DNA of 64,000 nucleotides, taken from positions 445,538-509,537 of the forward strand of contig JBDRTY010000001.1 of NCBI GenBank assembly GCA_039801085.1. Reading direction: 5' to 3'. Made by a program: the position numbers and the translations under genes. The notes below the pieces were generated by a model that made no database searches, had not been told where the DNA came from, and saw only the letters and a program-made list of their open reading frames with translations. This stretch comes from a candidate division WOR-3 bacterium (GTDB taxonomy: Bacteria; Hydrothermota; Tepidihabitantia; Tepidihabitantales; Tepidihabitantaceae). Of this stretch, positions 1-9,522 are shown one piece after another (the stretch's first letter is position 1; every line of letters begins with the position of its first letter).

Positions 1-1531
1 CAATTGCCCGTTTCCGGGATTCAATCATTACCGGTGGTGCCCATGGTCCGGCAACAACAGCATTATCCGGCAGCAGACGGTCAACCGCTTTTGAATATGT
101 GATTAGATCATAGGTTCGGTTGGTGAACCATGCGCTCCATTGACCGATATCGAGTCGCAGACTGAGAATGAGAATCAGTCCGACCAGTGCAACCCGGAGC
201 CAGCCGGGTCTGATTGTCCAGCCTTTTTTCCGGAACCGGAGCAGACCGTAGCCGGTAAAGGCGAGGGCGATACCGATGATCAGAGAGAATATAATGATAC
301 CAGATTCCCCGTCGGGCTGGGGGTAATTGCGGAATCCTGAGCTGTAAAGCATTAACTGGAGAACCGCCGGGCTGAGCCAAATGCCATAGAGCAGGGTTTT
401 TATAACGGTGGGGCGGGTCTGGGGAATGATGGTGCCGTTTTCCAGTATCCGGCAGAGGGCGGCGGCAGCAGCGATCAGGAGGCAGGGCAGAAGTATGATT
501 TCATAGCGGGGTGGCCGGTAGTTCATGTAACCAAGCATCAGTAGCCCGAAGACGAACCAGAGCAGCGTGTAGCGGAGCAGCCGGGATTGTGACCGTCCTA
601 ACCAGGGTAGGGTCAGATAGCCGAGGAGGGCAGTCCAGATCATTCGGGGTATGAGACGCGAGCGCAGACCGAAGGTGAAGGTGTTAAACAGGTAGGCAGA
701 AATGGTGCGGGGATGGCCTGCCGGTGATTCACTGGAATGGCGTACAGCATACTGGAGATATTCCTTACGGTAAGGTAGATAGACGAGCAGGAGCCAGCAA
801 AGAGATGCGATGATGCCGCCGGCAGAAAAGTAAAGCAGGGTGGTTGTCATCCGTTTCCGGTTCGGAAATGCGGGCAGTTCGCTGACAATCAGGATGAGCA
901 TTACCGGCACCAGGAAAACAGCGGACAGCTTTACCAGCAGCACGGTAGCGGCAGCACAGAACCCGGCAGCGGTCATCAGACCAGGGCGCCTGAGTCCCTG
1001 GACCCAGAAAAAACCGGTGAGCAGCAGGGACAGGATTTCCAGTGATTCCACCAGTCCCAGCCGGCTGTACATCACTAGTGGATAGCAGGTGGCAAGTAGC
1101 AGTGCACTGAGCAGAGCTGGGGCGGGGTTTTTTTCTGTGCGGAAAAAGAGAGCGAGTATCAGAATGCTGAGTGCCCCCGAGATCAGGGACAGCAGTTTTA
1201 CCTGAACAAAGCCGATACCCAGAATTTTGTAGATCAGAGCCACGAACACATTTACCAGCGGGTAAATGACAAACGGCAGGAAGTCGTCCATTTTCCATCT
1301 GCCATAAAGGGAAAAGTTGCGGGCGGAATAGGTATTCAGGCTTTCATCGGTGTAGGGGGCGAAGCTCCATGAGAGGTCAGGTGGAGGGTCGGCCCGCAGA
1401 TCAGCAGCCCGCAGACCGAAGCCGGCGATGATAATTACCCCGAGTATGAACCAGAAATAACGGGGGTGGAATCGGAAGAGCTGATTTGGTCTGCTGTTGA
1501 GTTCGGGAGCGTGCTGCCGGTTTTTCTTCAT
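1..1531 (-). CDS. Glycosyltransferase family 39-like (ArnT/PMT-type) polytopic membrane protein; partial, the C-terminus runs off the window start
   Basis: Hand translation from ATG at 1531 gives MKKNRQHAPELNSRPNQLFRFHPRYFWFILGVIIIAGFGLRAADLRADPPPDLSWSFAPYTDESLNTY... with many TM helices and an early DE-containing loop as in ArnT/PMT enzymes. It is absent from the ORF track only because it has no in-window stop. Confidence 0.5.
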   Translation of the reverse strand, partial: MKKNRQHAPELNSRPNQLFRFHPRYFWFILGVIIIAGFGLRAADLRADPPPDLSWSFAPYTDESLNTYSARNFSLYGRWKMDDFLPFVIYPLVNVFVALIYKILGIGFVQVKLLSLISGALSILILALFFRTEKNPAPALLSALLLATCYPLVMYSRLGLVESLEILSLLLTGFFWVQGLRRPGLMTAAGFCAAATVLLVKLSAVFLVPVMLILIVSELPAFPNRKRMTTTLLYFSAGGIIASLCWLLLVYLPYRKEYLQYAVRHSSESPAGHPRTISAYLFNTFTFGLRSRLIPRMIWTALLGYLTLPWLGRSQSRLLRYTLLWFVFGLLMLGYMNYRPPRYEIILLPCLLIAAAAALCRILENGTIIPQTRPTVIKTLLYGIWLSPAVLQLMLYSSGFRNYPQPDGESGIIIFSLIIGIALAFTGYGLLRFRKKGWTIRPGWLRVALVGLILILSLRLDIGQWSAWFTNRTYDLITYSKAVDRLLPDNAVVAGPWAPPVMIESRKRAI

Positions 1532-1534
1532 TGT

Positions 1535-3340
1535 TTAACCGGACCAGCGTCCAAGTTCTTCCCGGGCACGGCGCAGGAGCTCGGTCTGCTCAGCGATAAT
1601 TTTCTCCAACTGCTCACGCCCACGCCGGAGTTCAGTCTGGACCTGAACCAGCCGGGTGATATCGAAGCCGATGTCAATCACACCGACGGTCTCGCCGTTC
1701 GCTCCCGGGAGCGGCAATTTGGAAAGTGCAACCCAGGTGCTGGTAGCTGATTTGGGATCGCCGAGACAAAGTTCCAGATTTACCGGTCTGCCGGTTTGCA
1801 GGACCTGACGGTCTTGGGAATTCAGCATCGCGGTTACTGTTGCGGGAAACAGCTCGGCGTCCGATTTACCCAGAATGCTCGAACCACCGCCATAGGTTGC
1901 TGATGCCACCGGGTTCGCCTGGATATATTTCAGATTTGCGTCCTTGATGGCAAGCAGGATTCGTTCGTTCTGCCAGATGGTCTGAAACCGGCGATCCAGT
2001 TCCTGCCAGGACTGCTCAATCTTGCGCCGGGCGGTAATGTTGGTGATCAAGCCCAGAATACCTATATCCACCGGAAACAGGATCAGTTGAAACCATCCGG
2101 CGTACCGTTCACGGCCGTCCTGATAAAAGAATTCGCCACTCTGGGGCTGTTGATCGAGTAACGCCTTGCGCACGATTGCTGCAAGGCCGCTGGCTTCGGC
2201 TTCCGGATAGACCTCCCAGAGTTTTCTCCCCACCGCTTCTTCACTGTTTACCCGGGTTTCCTTTTCCGCACCTTTGCTCCAGGCGGTGATTACCCAGTCG
2301 CGGTTAATCAGAAAAACACCGGCGACCTCGGTTTCCAGCATGGCAGCGATATTCTGCTCCTTTTTTCTCAGGAGTTCTTCCAGCTGCTTCTCCCGGGTGA
2401 TGTTCAGGACGATAATTTCAAAGGTCCGGCGACTGGCAAAGGTACAGGTGCGGGCTGTCATTCTGAGCCAGACCGTATCCTTCGCCGGTTCCTTGATTAT
2501 CCGGAATTCAAGGCCGGGCGGATATTCGCCGGTCTGGCGGGCCTGGAGTTCTGCGCTTTTCACCCGTTCCTGATCTTCGGGATGAACCTGAGCGTAGAGC
2601 GCCATATTATCGGTCAGAACCGTTTCTCTTGATACTCCGAACAGTTCGCGGACACTCGGACTGATCGCAAGGATTCTGCCGTCTTCAGCACGGCGGATGA
2701 TGCACAGCTCCTGAGCTGAATCGATCAGGGTGCGGTAGCGCTCTTCACTTTCCCGCCATGCCTGTTCAATTTTTCGCCGCGCAAATTCAATATCCCGGGT
2801 ATCTGCTGAATCGGCTGAATCCGAATAGGCAGGAGAGATCGCGGGCGCACTTTTTAGTTCTTGGATTGACGCTTCTGCCCTTTTCAGGTCAGTGAGGTCT
2901 TCATAGATGAGCGCCAGCATCTTAACCCTGCCTTCATAATCAAGCAGCGGCAGGGCAGTTACCCGCAGACAGACCTTGCCATAAGGGGTGGGCGGAAGAC
3001 CGATCTCCGCCGGTTCATACCAGTAAGGCGGTGTTTCAATCCGGGCACCGGCGAGGAGTCGTCGGAGCTGAGGTTCAAGCAGGCCGGTGCGCTTGAGTGC
3101 CCTGGGGTCATTTAAACTGATACCGGGGGGCGGTATTTTGCCCAGCAACCGTTCAGCCGCCCGGTTACTTTTGAGCAGGTTTCCCTGAGGGTCAAAGATT
3201 TCGATTGCCACCGGACTGAAGTCAATCAGGCTGTCGAAGATCGCCTGTGCCCGGGCTTCTGCGCGGCGGCGTTCTGCTTCCTGAAACGCCTCCTGTTCTT
3301 CCAGCATCTTTTTCGGATCCGGTGCTTTCGGGAAGATCAT
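1535..3340 (-). CDS. Multi-PAS domain sensor protein with coiled-coil termini and no recognizable output domain
   Basis: 601 aa ORF with repeated PAS-like blocks (e.g. FDSLIDFSPVAIEIFDPQGNLLKSNRAAERLLG) and Glu/Arg-rich coiled coils at both ends. No HATPase, GGDEF or HTH motifs seen. Confidence 0.6.
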   Translation of the reverse strand: MIFPKAPDPKKMLEEQEAFQEAERRRAEARAQAIFDSLIDFSPVAIEIFDPQGNLLKSNRAAERLLGKIPPPGISLNDPRALKRTGLLEPQLRRLLAGARIETPPYWYEPAEIGLPPTPYGKVCLRVTALPLLDYEGRVKMLALIYEDLTDLKRAEASIQELKSAPAISPAYSDSADSADTRDIEFARRKIEQAWRESEERYRTLIDSAQELCIIRRAEDGRILAISPSVRELFGVSRETVLTDNMALYAQVHPEDQERVKSAELQARQTGEYPPGLEFRIIKEPAKDTVWLRMTARTCTFASRRTFEIIVLNITREKQLEELLRKKEQNIAAMLETEVAGVFLINRDWVITAWSKGAEKETRVNSEEAVGRKLWEVYPEAEASGLAAIVRKALLDQQPQSGEFFYQDGRERYAGWFQLILFPVDIGILGLITNITARRKIEQSWQELDRRFQTIWQNERILLAIKDANLKYIQANPVASATYGGGSSILGKSDAELFPATVTAMLNSQDRQVLQTGRPVNLELCLGDPKSATSTWVALSKLPLPGANGETVGVIDIGFDITRLVQVQTELRRGREQLEKIIAEQTELLRRAREELGRWSG

Positions 3341-3360
3341 TTTTTCCTTTCAGAACAGCA

Positions 3361-3433
3361 AGCCGGCGACCCGGTTCGAACGGGTGACCTGCGGTTTACG
3401 AAACCGCTGCTCTGCCTGCTGAGCTACGCCGGC
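3361..3433 (-). tRNA. tRNA-Thr (anticodon CGU)
   Basis: The reverse complement folds as a 73-nt cloverleaf: GCCGGCG acceptor, GCTC/GAGC D-stem, GCGGT-TTCGTAA-ACCGC anticodon arm, ACCCG-TTCGAAC-CGGGT T-arm, CGCCGGC + T discriminator. CCA is not encoded. Confidence 0.8.
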
Positions 3434-3446
3434 AGTTGTAATCGAA

Positions 3447-3474
3447 ATTTTAGCAGGTTGTCGAGCAGCGTCAA
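3447..3474 (-). promoter_or_regulatory. Putative sigma-70 promoter for tRNA-Thr (TTGACG-16-TAAAAT on minus strand)
   Basis: The -10 lies about 14 nt upstream of the mature tRNA 5' end. Confidence 0.4.
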
Positions 3475-3514
3475 GCGGCAGAATCAGATTGAGCAGCCGG
3501 TGCCGTAATTTGTT

Positions 3515-3542
3515 TTGACAACCGGGACCGGGCAAATATACT
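3515..3542 (+). promoter_or_regulatory. Putative sigma-70 promoter (TTGACA-16-TATACT) upstream of the bactofilin gene
   Basis: Consensus -35 hexamer, followed by an AAAGGAG Shine-Dalgarno sequence (SD) before the ATG at 3560. Confidence 0.4.
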
Positions 3543-3559
3543 TCTGATAAAGGAGTACA

Positions 3560-3919
3560 ATGTCCCGAGAAAAGAATGGTGGCAGAATTGATACAGTAAT
3601 TGGAAGTGAGGCGGTGATGAAGGGGGATCTGCGGGTAAACGGTGGTGTGCGGTTTGATGGCAAACTTGAGGGCAGGATCGATGTTGCGGATGTGTTTCTC
3701 GCCGGTCCGCGTTCGTTCCTGAAAGGGGAGATTCAATGCCGGAGCGCAGTGATCGCCGGCAGGATTGAGGGCGATATCCGGGCACAGGAGCTGGTCGAGC
3801 TGCAGACCGGTGCTCAGGTATTTGGCAATATCACTTGCCGGGAGCTGGTGATCCAGCCGGGGTGTTTCTTTGAAGGTAAATGCCAGATGCTCAGGGAAGA
3901 TAACAGAGCTGAACAATGA
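3560..3919 (+). CDS. Bactofilin (CcmA-like polymer-forming cytoskeletal protein, DUF583)
   Basis: 119 aa, Gly/Val/Ile-rich beta-helical repeats (GDLRVNGGVRFDGKLEGRIDVADVFLAG...GEIQCRSAVIAGRIEGDI) typical of bactofilins. Strong SD. Confidence 0.75.
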   Translation: MSREKNGGRIDTVIGSEAVMKGDLRVNGGVRFDGKLEGRIDVADVFLAGPRSFLKGEIQCRSAVIAGRIEGDIRAQELVELQTGAQVFGNITCRELVIQPGCFFEGKCQMLREDNRAEQ

Positions 3920-5574
3920 GGCTGTTCGGGTTTGTTCTGCTTTCCGTCGGTTTAGGGGCAGCGATGCCGCCGATACCGGGTAACAGTCGCAGGGTCTTTC
4001 TTCCCGGGAAACTGGAGCGGCCTTCAGCAGTGCGTCCGGCAACAGATCGGACGGGCAGACTGCTGGTAATTCTCGTTGATTTCAATGATAATATCCATCG
4101 TTTTCCCGGATCGGAGTTTCAGCAGCTGATTTTCGGTAGTGGAACCGGTTCAATGCGCGATTATTACCGGGAGGTGAGTTTTGGCAGTCTGTTGCTCAGC
4201 GGTGATGTGGCAGGCTGGATACGTCTGAGTAATCCCTATTCGTATTATCTCGGAGATTCATTCGGTATTTATGGAAGTTTTCCCCATAACAGCCAGGGTC
4301 TGGTGCGGGATTTGGTGTCCGCGATTGATGGAGCGGTTGATTTTTCCCGTTACGACTGGGATGGAGATGGATTTGTTGACGGTCTGCTCATCGTCCATGC
4401 CGGACCAGGTGCCGAAGAGACGGGTGAACCCGGTGACATCTGGTCGCACAAGTGGCAGCTGAGTGATGATATATTCGGTTCCCCCGGACCGGTCCAGACT
4501 GGTGACGGGGTGAGTGTGGATGAGTATTCAATTCAGCCGGAAAGATTTCTTGACGGTAATATAATCTCGATCGGCGTTTTCTGTCATGAGTTCGGCCATC
4601 TGCTGGGATTGCCTGATCTCTATGATACTGACTATTCCAGTTCCGGGTTGGGTATGTTCTGTCTGATGGCAGCCGGCGGTTGGGCCCGGGCCGATACTGG
4701 CGTGTCTTATGGCAGCTCACCGACCCACCCGTCAATCTGGTGCAAGTATCTTCTGGGCTGGGTTGTGCCCGATTCGGTTCAGCCTGGATATCGGGATTCT
4801 CTCTCACCGGCTTTACTGGCGGCTGCTGCAACTGCGCCCGCCGGGTACCGGATTCTCGAGAATCCCGGGGGCGTTGACTGGTCGTTCAGCCAGACCGGCA
4901 ATGGTGAATATTTTCTGATCGAGAACCGTCAGCGCTTCGGATTTGACCGGGGTCTGCCCGGAGTCGGCATTTTGATTCTGCATATCGATGAGTCCCGACC
5001 GGACAACAGCGATGAGCGCCACCCGCTGGTCGGTATTCTGCGTGCCGACCGTTCACCAAGATTTGCCCTTGATGCCGGGGACAGAGGCAGCGATGTTCAC
5101 TTGTGGAAGGCAAGTGATACCGGGGTGCGCAATTTTACCACGCCCTCAACCGCATTTTACAACGGGATTCAGAGCGGTGTGGTTATTGAGCAGATCTCGG
5201 GATCAGATTCAATAATGACGGCAACTCTGAAGATTTCACCGATGTTTCTGGGCCGGGTTTACTCGTTCCCCAATCCAGTAGTAGTGCGGGATAATCAGCC
5301 CCAAGCGACGATTGCCTACATGCCGACCGATTCGGTCCGGCTTGCAGGACAGTTTCCCGATTTTAAAATCAGAATTTTCAACATTGCGGGCGAGCCGGTC
5401 CGGTTGCTGGATGAACCCGGGACTGAAATTGTCCCGCGCTACCGGGCGGGTTTCTGGAATCTGAGAAATGAACAGGGCAAACCGGTTACAAGTGGGATGT
5501 ATTTTTACATTGTCGAGATTGAGGAGGACGGGGTAATTGAACAAAATGTGGGGCGATTGACGGTGGTCAGATAA
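3916..5574 (+). CDS. Secreted M6-family (immune inhibitor A-like) zinc metalloprotease with C-terminal T9SS sorting domain
   Basis: Signal peptide. LVILVDFND N-terminal block and HEFGHLLGLPDLYD zincin motif as in peptidase M6. C-terminal IFNIAGEPV...GMYFYIVEIEE...LTVVR matches Por_Secre_tail-type C-terminal domains (CTDs). Start ATG overlaps the bactofilin stop (ATGA). Confidence 0.6.
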   Translation: MRLFGFVLLSVGLGAAMPPIPGNSRRVFLPGKLERPSAVRPATDRTGRLLVILVDFNDNIHRFPGSEFQQLIFGSGTGSMRDYYREVSFGSLLLSGDVAGWIRLSNPYSYYLGDSFGIYGSFPHNSQGLVRDLVSAIDGAVDFSRYDWDGDGFVDGLLIVHAGPGAEETGEPGDIWSHKWQLSDDIFGSPGPVQTGDGVSVDEYSIQPERFLDGNIISIGVFCHEFGHLLGLPDLYDTDYSSSGLGMFCLMAAGGWARADTGVSYGSSPTHPSIWCKYLLGWVVPDSVQPGYRDSLSPALLAAAATAPAGYRILENPGGVDWSFSQTGNGEYFLIENRQRFGFDRGLPGVGILILHIDESRPDNSDERHPLVGILRADRSPRFALDAGDRGSDVHLWKASDTGVRNFTTPSTAFYNGIQSGVVIEQISGSDSIMTATLKISPMFLGRVYSFPNPVVVRDNQPQATIAYMPTDSVRLAGQFPDFKIRIFNIAGEPVRLLDEPGTEIVPRYRAGFWNLRNEQGKPVTSGMYFYIVEIEEDGVIEQNVGRLTVVR

Positions 5575-5597
5575 TTTCAACAGAAAATAAAGGAGGA

Positions 5598-6353
5598 GTG
5601 AAGGAGATGGTTTGTAATTTGAATGGCAAAATTGCTCTGGTAACTGGCGGTGGCGCCGGGATCGGTCGGGCGATCGCCAAGCGGCTGGCAGACTCGGGCG
5701 CGGTAGTGGCTGTGTGTGATCTGATTGGTGAATCTGCCCGGCAGGTGATGCAGGAGATTGAACAAGCTGGGGGGCGGGCTTGTGGTTATGCACTTGATGT
5801 TGCTGATAACAACCAGGTGGAACAGGTGGTTGAACAGATTGAGTCGGAATTAGGCGGTGTGCAGATTCTAGTGAATAACGCGGGCATTACCCGTGATAGT
5901 CTGTTGATCCGGATGAGTGAGGATGATTTTGACCGGGTGCTGGCGGTTAATCTCAAAGGCGCATTTAATCTTACGAAGGCCTGCTGCCGTTCGATGATGA
6001 GGCTGCGCTGGGGCCGGATTATCAATATCAGTTCGGTTATCGGGCAAATGGGGAATGCCGGTCAGTCAAACTATGCGGCAGCCAAAGCGGGGCTGATTGG
6101 ATTTACCAAGTCGGTAGCGAAGGAGCTCGCCATCAGAAATATCACCGTGAACGCTATTGCTCCGGGTTTCATCGCCACTGCCATGACTGAGAAACTGACC
6201 CCGGCAGTACGCCAGTCATATATTGAGGCAATTCCCTTAAAGCGGGCTGGCACACCCGAAGATGTTGCCAGCCTTTGTCTTTTCCTTGCCTCAGATGAGG
6301 CGGGATATATTACCGGTCAGGTGATAAGAGTTGATGGTGGTATGCTGATGTAA
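5598..6353 (+). CDS. fabG: 3-oxoacyl-ACP reductase-like short-chain dehydrogenase (FabG family)
   Basis: TGGGAGIGRA Rossmann motif, NNAGITRD, S...YAAAKAG catalytic triad region, PGFIATAMT. GTG start with AAGGAG SD. Confidence 0.7.
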   Translation: MKEMVCNLNGKIALVTGGGAGIGRAIAKRLADSGAVVAVCDLIGESARQVMQEIEQAGGRACGYALDVADNNQVEQVVEQIESELGGVQILVNNAGITRDSLLIRMSEDDFDRVLAVNLKGAFNLTKACCRSMMRLRWGRIINISSVIGQMGNAGQSNYAAAKAGLIGFTKSVAKELAIRNITVNAIAPGFIATAMTEKLTPAVRQSYIEAIPLKRAGTPEDVASLCLFLASDEAGYITGQVIRVDGGMLM

Positions 6354-6368
6354 ACCCTACCTTTATAT

Positions 6369-6623
6369 TTATAGGACCCATTGATGTTCGCACTTTTCGC
6401 AGAACAGGTATGAAGGGGGACGCGCAACTCCATCCTGACAGTCCGGACACGGGAGGTTAATCGGTCTGCCGTCCGGACCAAGCCAGGCTTCCCTTTTCCA
6501 ACTATTTACACCTGTGGGCGCACTTGGACATCCGGGATGTTCATAAAGGGCAAATGTTTTTTCCGCGATGCCGCACTGGGGGCAGATTGCCCGTTGCTGA
6601 TTTGAGGGCATTGTTTTGTTCAT
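6369..6623 (-). CDS. Small Cys-rich protein with two zinc-ribbon-like CxxC pairs
   Basis: 84 aa with CPQC...CPDC...CEKC spacing and a good SD (AAGGAGCAGCG ATG). No homologue recognized. Confidence 0.35.
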   Translation of the reverse strand: MNKTMPSNQQRAICPQCGIAEKTFALYEHPGCPSAPTGVNSWKREAWLGPDGRPINLPCPDCQDGVARPPSYLFCEKCEHQWVL

Positions 6624-6781
6624 CGCTGCTCCTTTGCTGGTTAAATTCTTTATTTTATAAAAGCAGGATGATATAACGACATCCTGCCGTCCTCAAAATA
6701 ATATATTAGACTTATTCTGTTCTGTCAAATGAGTTCGAGTATTGACAGTAAAGAACTTGTTGTATATGCTTAATTTACAAG

Positions 6782-9490
6782 ATGATGGATGATTTTCTGC
6801 AGCGGGTAAGGGAACTGGAAACTCAGCTTGCTCACTGTTCTTCTCTTGAGGAGCGTGCAGAGTTACTACTTGGACAGGCAGATGGTTTTGTAGTAAATGC
6901 TGCACCCCTGCTCAAGCCTTTATTTGAACAGGAACTCCTGGCAGCTCAGGAGCAGGGCAGGCGTTTGATAGAAGTGCGGCTGGCACGCCGGCTGTCTGAT
7001 ATCTGCCGGCACTGCGGGGCAAATGAAGAAGCTGATCTTTATGCCCAGCGGGTCAGGAAAATCGGTACTGAGATTGGGGAGCCGCGATTCATCGGATCAG
7101 GCTGGTATCTCGCTGGACAGGTGGAGCAGGCAAGGTGCAATTATGAAGCAGCGATCGATTGCTACCAGCGGGCACTGACAGAGTGGCAGAAGGCCGGGGT
7201 AGTGCGCGGAATTTATGCTGCACTTAATGGCCTGGGGAGTGTTGCAGGACTCACCGGGCGTTATCATGAGGCAAGGGATTATTATCAGCAGTGCCGCCAG
7301 TTGCTAGAGAATCCCGAGTTTGATGACTTTGTCCGGGCAACCAATTACTGCAATCTGGGCTGGGTTTATCTTCAGCTTGGTGAGTGGGACGATGCAGAGG
7401 AAAATCTCTACCGGTCGGTGGCACTGGCTGAACAGCAGGGATATGATTTTATCCGTTACAATGCCCTGAATCTGTTGGGCGAACTGTTTCTTAAGCGTGA
7501 CCGTCTGGAACGGGCGGTGGAGGTTTTTACCACGGTTGTTGAGGCCGGGAGAAAGGGATTGACTGCTGCCGAACTGTTACGGGATAGCCTGACTAATCTG
7601 GGGGAAGCCGAGTTCCGGCGTCGCAATTATGCGGGAGCAAGCCGGGCGTTTGCGGAAGCAATCGATTTGTGCGCGGTCAATCAGGACCGGTTGAATAGCA
7701 GCATGCTTTTGTGGCGGATGGCAGAACTGGAGCTGGCACAGGGAAATTACGATCGGTGCGCCGGGCTCTGTCAGCAGGCACAACAGCTGGCAAAGGAGCT
7801 GGGTGCCCGCAATGTTGAGGCAGAAGTATTCCGGGTCCGGGCGCTACTGGAGCAGGAGCGGGGTATGGCTGGTGCGGCGTGCAGCTTTTATGAACGGGCA
7901 CGGGAGTTGCTTAATGATGAACCGGAGAGTTATGAATCAGCCCGGTTGCGGCTACAGTTTGGGCAGTTTCTCCTGGAACAGAATCAGAAGGAACGGGCAG
8001 CGGAGGAGCTGAAGTTTGCCAGCCGGGTTTTCCGGAAACTGGGACTTGTGGCAGAAACTGATGAGGTGAACCGGATTCTGTTCCGTCTGGAACTTAATGC
8101 CGACCGGGAAATTGCTCTGGTCGCTGGAATTGCCGGGCTGGCACTTGCTGGACTTGAATCGGGTAAGTTCATTGAAGGCGCCCTCAAGATGATTTGCGAA
8201 GCATTCGGATTTGATGGCGCAGCACTAATAATTAACCAGATTCCCAGGATTATTTATGGCGACGTTAATGTTGCAGTGGAGGATTGGGAACAGGGTGCTC
8301 CGATTGTGAAGGAGCACGAAGTGCTGATGCCGGTATGTGTCCGAGGTGATGTGAACGGTTATGTTTATCTGGCGAGGAGAGCATCATGGAAATTGGATCT
8401 TCGCACCAGCGTGCTGGAGACCGTGGCTTCGCTTTTGGCACCAGCGGTGGAGAAGCTGTACAGTTTGGCTGAGGAACTGCCAGCACCAATAATGGAAATT
8501 CCCGGACTGCGGTTTGACGGTGTGATCGGCAAGTCGATAGCGATGAGAAAGAATCTGGAAATCATTGTTCGATGTGCGGACTCAAGTCTTCCCGTTCTTA
8601 TCCGGGGTGAAAGTGGAACCGGCAAAGAGCTGGTAGCGCGGGCGATACATTTTACCAGTAGCCGGAGTGGGAAGCCATTCGTGCCGATTAACTGCGCTGC
8701 GGTGCCAGAAACTCTGCTTGAGGCAGAATTCTTCGGTGTAGAAAAAGGTGCGGCTACCGGGGTGAGTGCGCGTAAGGGAAAGTTTGAACTGGCTGACGGC
8801 GGAACAGTTTTTTTGGATGAGATCGGTGATATGAGCCCCGGGTTGCAGGCAAAGTTGTTGCGGGTTCTGCAGGATAAGACTTTTGAACGGGTAGGTAGCA
8901 CCAGACCGGTGCGGGTTGATGTCCGGGTGGTTGCTGCTACTAATCAAAATCTGGAGAAACTTATTCAGGAAGGAAGGTTTCGGGAGGATCTTTATTACCG
9001 GCTGAACGGTATTGAGATCTACCTGCCCCCTTTAAGGGAGCGGGCAGAAGATATCCCTGAGCTGGTCCGGTTTTTCATTGCTAAGGCAAATCAGGAGGCG
9101 AAACGGGAGGTCCGTGGTGTCAGTCCGGCGGTGTTGCGTCTGTTTCTTGCGTATAGCTGGCCTGGTAATATCCGGCAGCTGCGGAATGTAATTCAGCGGG
9201 CAGTGGTACTGGCAAAAGGGGAGGAGATTGAGATTGAAGATCTGCCGGCGGAGTTGCGCCATTTGAGCGGTTTTCAGCAGGCTGATATCAAGTCGCCACT
9301 GAAATCAGCAAAAAAAATTGTCCAAGAAAAGGCGAGCGCGGAGCTGGAACGAGCGATGGTCATGGATTGTCTTGAAAAGGCTAACGGAAATGTCAAAAAG
9401 GCGGCTGAACTTTCAGGTTATAGCCGGGCACAGTTCTATCGTTTAATAAAAAAACACAATATAAGATTTAGAAACAGCACCAGGAATTAA
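6782..9490 (+). CDS. Sigma-54-dependent transcriptional activator (enhancer-binding protein, EBP) with N-terminal TPR repeats and a GAF domain (TPR-GAF-AAA+-Fis HTH)
   Basis: 902 aa. TPR-like helical repeats fill residues about 60-420. Central GESGTGKELVARAIH Walker A, a GAFTGA-region variant (EKGAATGV), DEIGDM Walker B, and a C-terminal Fis-type HTH (AAELSGYSRAQFYRLIKKH). Confidence 0.8.
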   Translation: MMDDFLQRVRELETQLAHCSSLEERAELLLGQADGFVVNAAPLLKPLFEQELLAAQEQGRRLIEVRLARRLSDICRHCGANEEADLYAQRVRKIGTEIGEPRFIGSGWYLAGQVEQARCNYEAAIDCYQRALTEWQKAGVVRGIYAALNGLGSVAGLTGRYHEARDYYQQCRQLLENPEFDDFVRATNYCNLGWVYLQLGEWDDAEENLYRSVALAEQQGYDFIRYNALNLLGELFLKRDRLERAVEVFTTVVEAGRKGLTAAELLRDSLTNLGEAEFRRRNYAGASRAFAEAIDLCAVNQDRLNSSMLLWRMAELELAQGNYDRCAGLCQQAQQLAKELGARNVEAEVFRVRALLEQERGMAGAACSFYERARELLNDEPESYESARLRLQFGQFLLEQNQKERAAEELKFASRVFRKLGLVAETDEVNRILFRLELNADREIALVAGIAGLALAGLESGKFIEGALKMICEAFGFDGAALIINQIPRIIYGDVNVAVEDWEQGAPIVKEHEVLMPVCVRGDVNGYVYLARRASWKLDLRTSVLETVASLLAPAVEKLYSLAEELPAPIMEIPGLRFDGVIGKSIAMRKNLEIIVRCADSSLPVLIRGESGTGKELVARAIHFTSSRSGKPFVPINCAAVPETLLEAEFFGVEKGAATGVSARKGKFELADGGTVFLDEIGDMSPGLQAKLLRVLQDKTFERVGSTRPVRVDVRVVAATNQNLEKLIQEGRFREDLYYRLNGIEIYLPPLRERAEDIPELVRFFIAKANQEAKREVRGVSPAVLRLFLAYSWPGNIRQLRNVIQRAVVLAKGEEIEIEDLPAELRHLSGFQQADIKSPLKSAKKIVQEKASAELERAMVMDCLEKANGNVKKAAELSGYSRAQFYRLIKKHNIRFRNSTRN

Positions 9491-9522
9491 GACCCAATTT
9501 TAAACTCACCCAGAAAAATAAG

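Noticed and set aside
765-1298. 177-aa minus-strand ORF and 840-1085 plus ORF from the track
   Set aside because: Alternative-frame or antisense ORFs inside the GT39 membrane-protein gene, which is itself missing from the track because it has no in-window stop. Sequence is Arg/Pro/Gly-rich and non-protein-like.
3350-4042. 230-aa minus-strand ORF from the track
   Set aside because: It overlaps the tRNA-Thr gene and its promoter and runs antisense to the bactofilin and M6 protease genes. Composition is Pro/Arg/Ser-biased with no domain features, so it is spurious.
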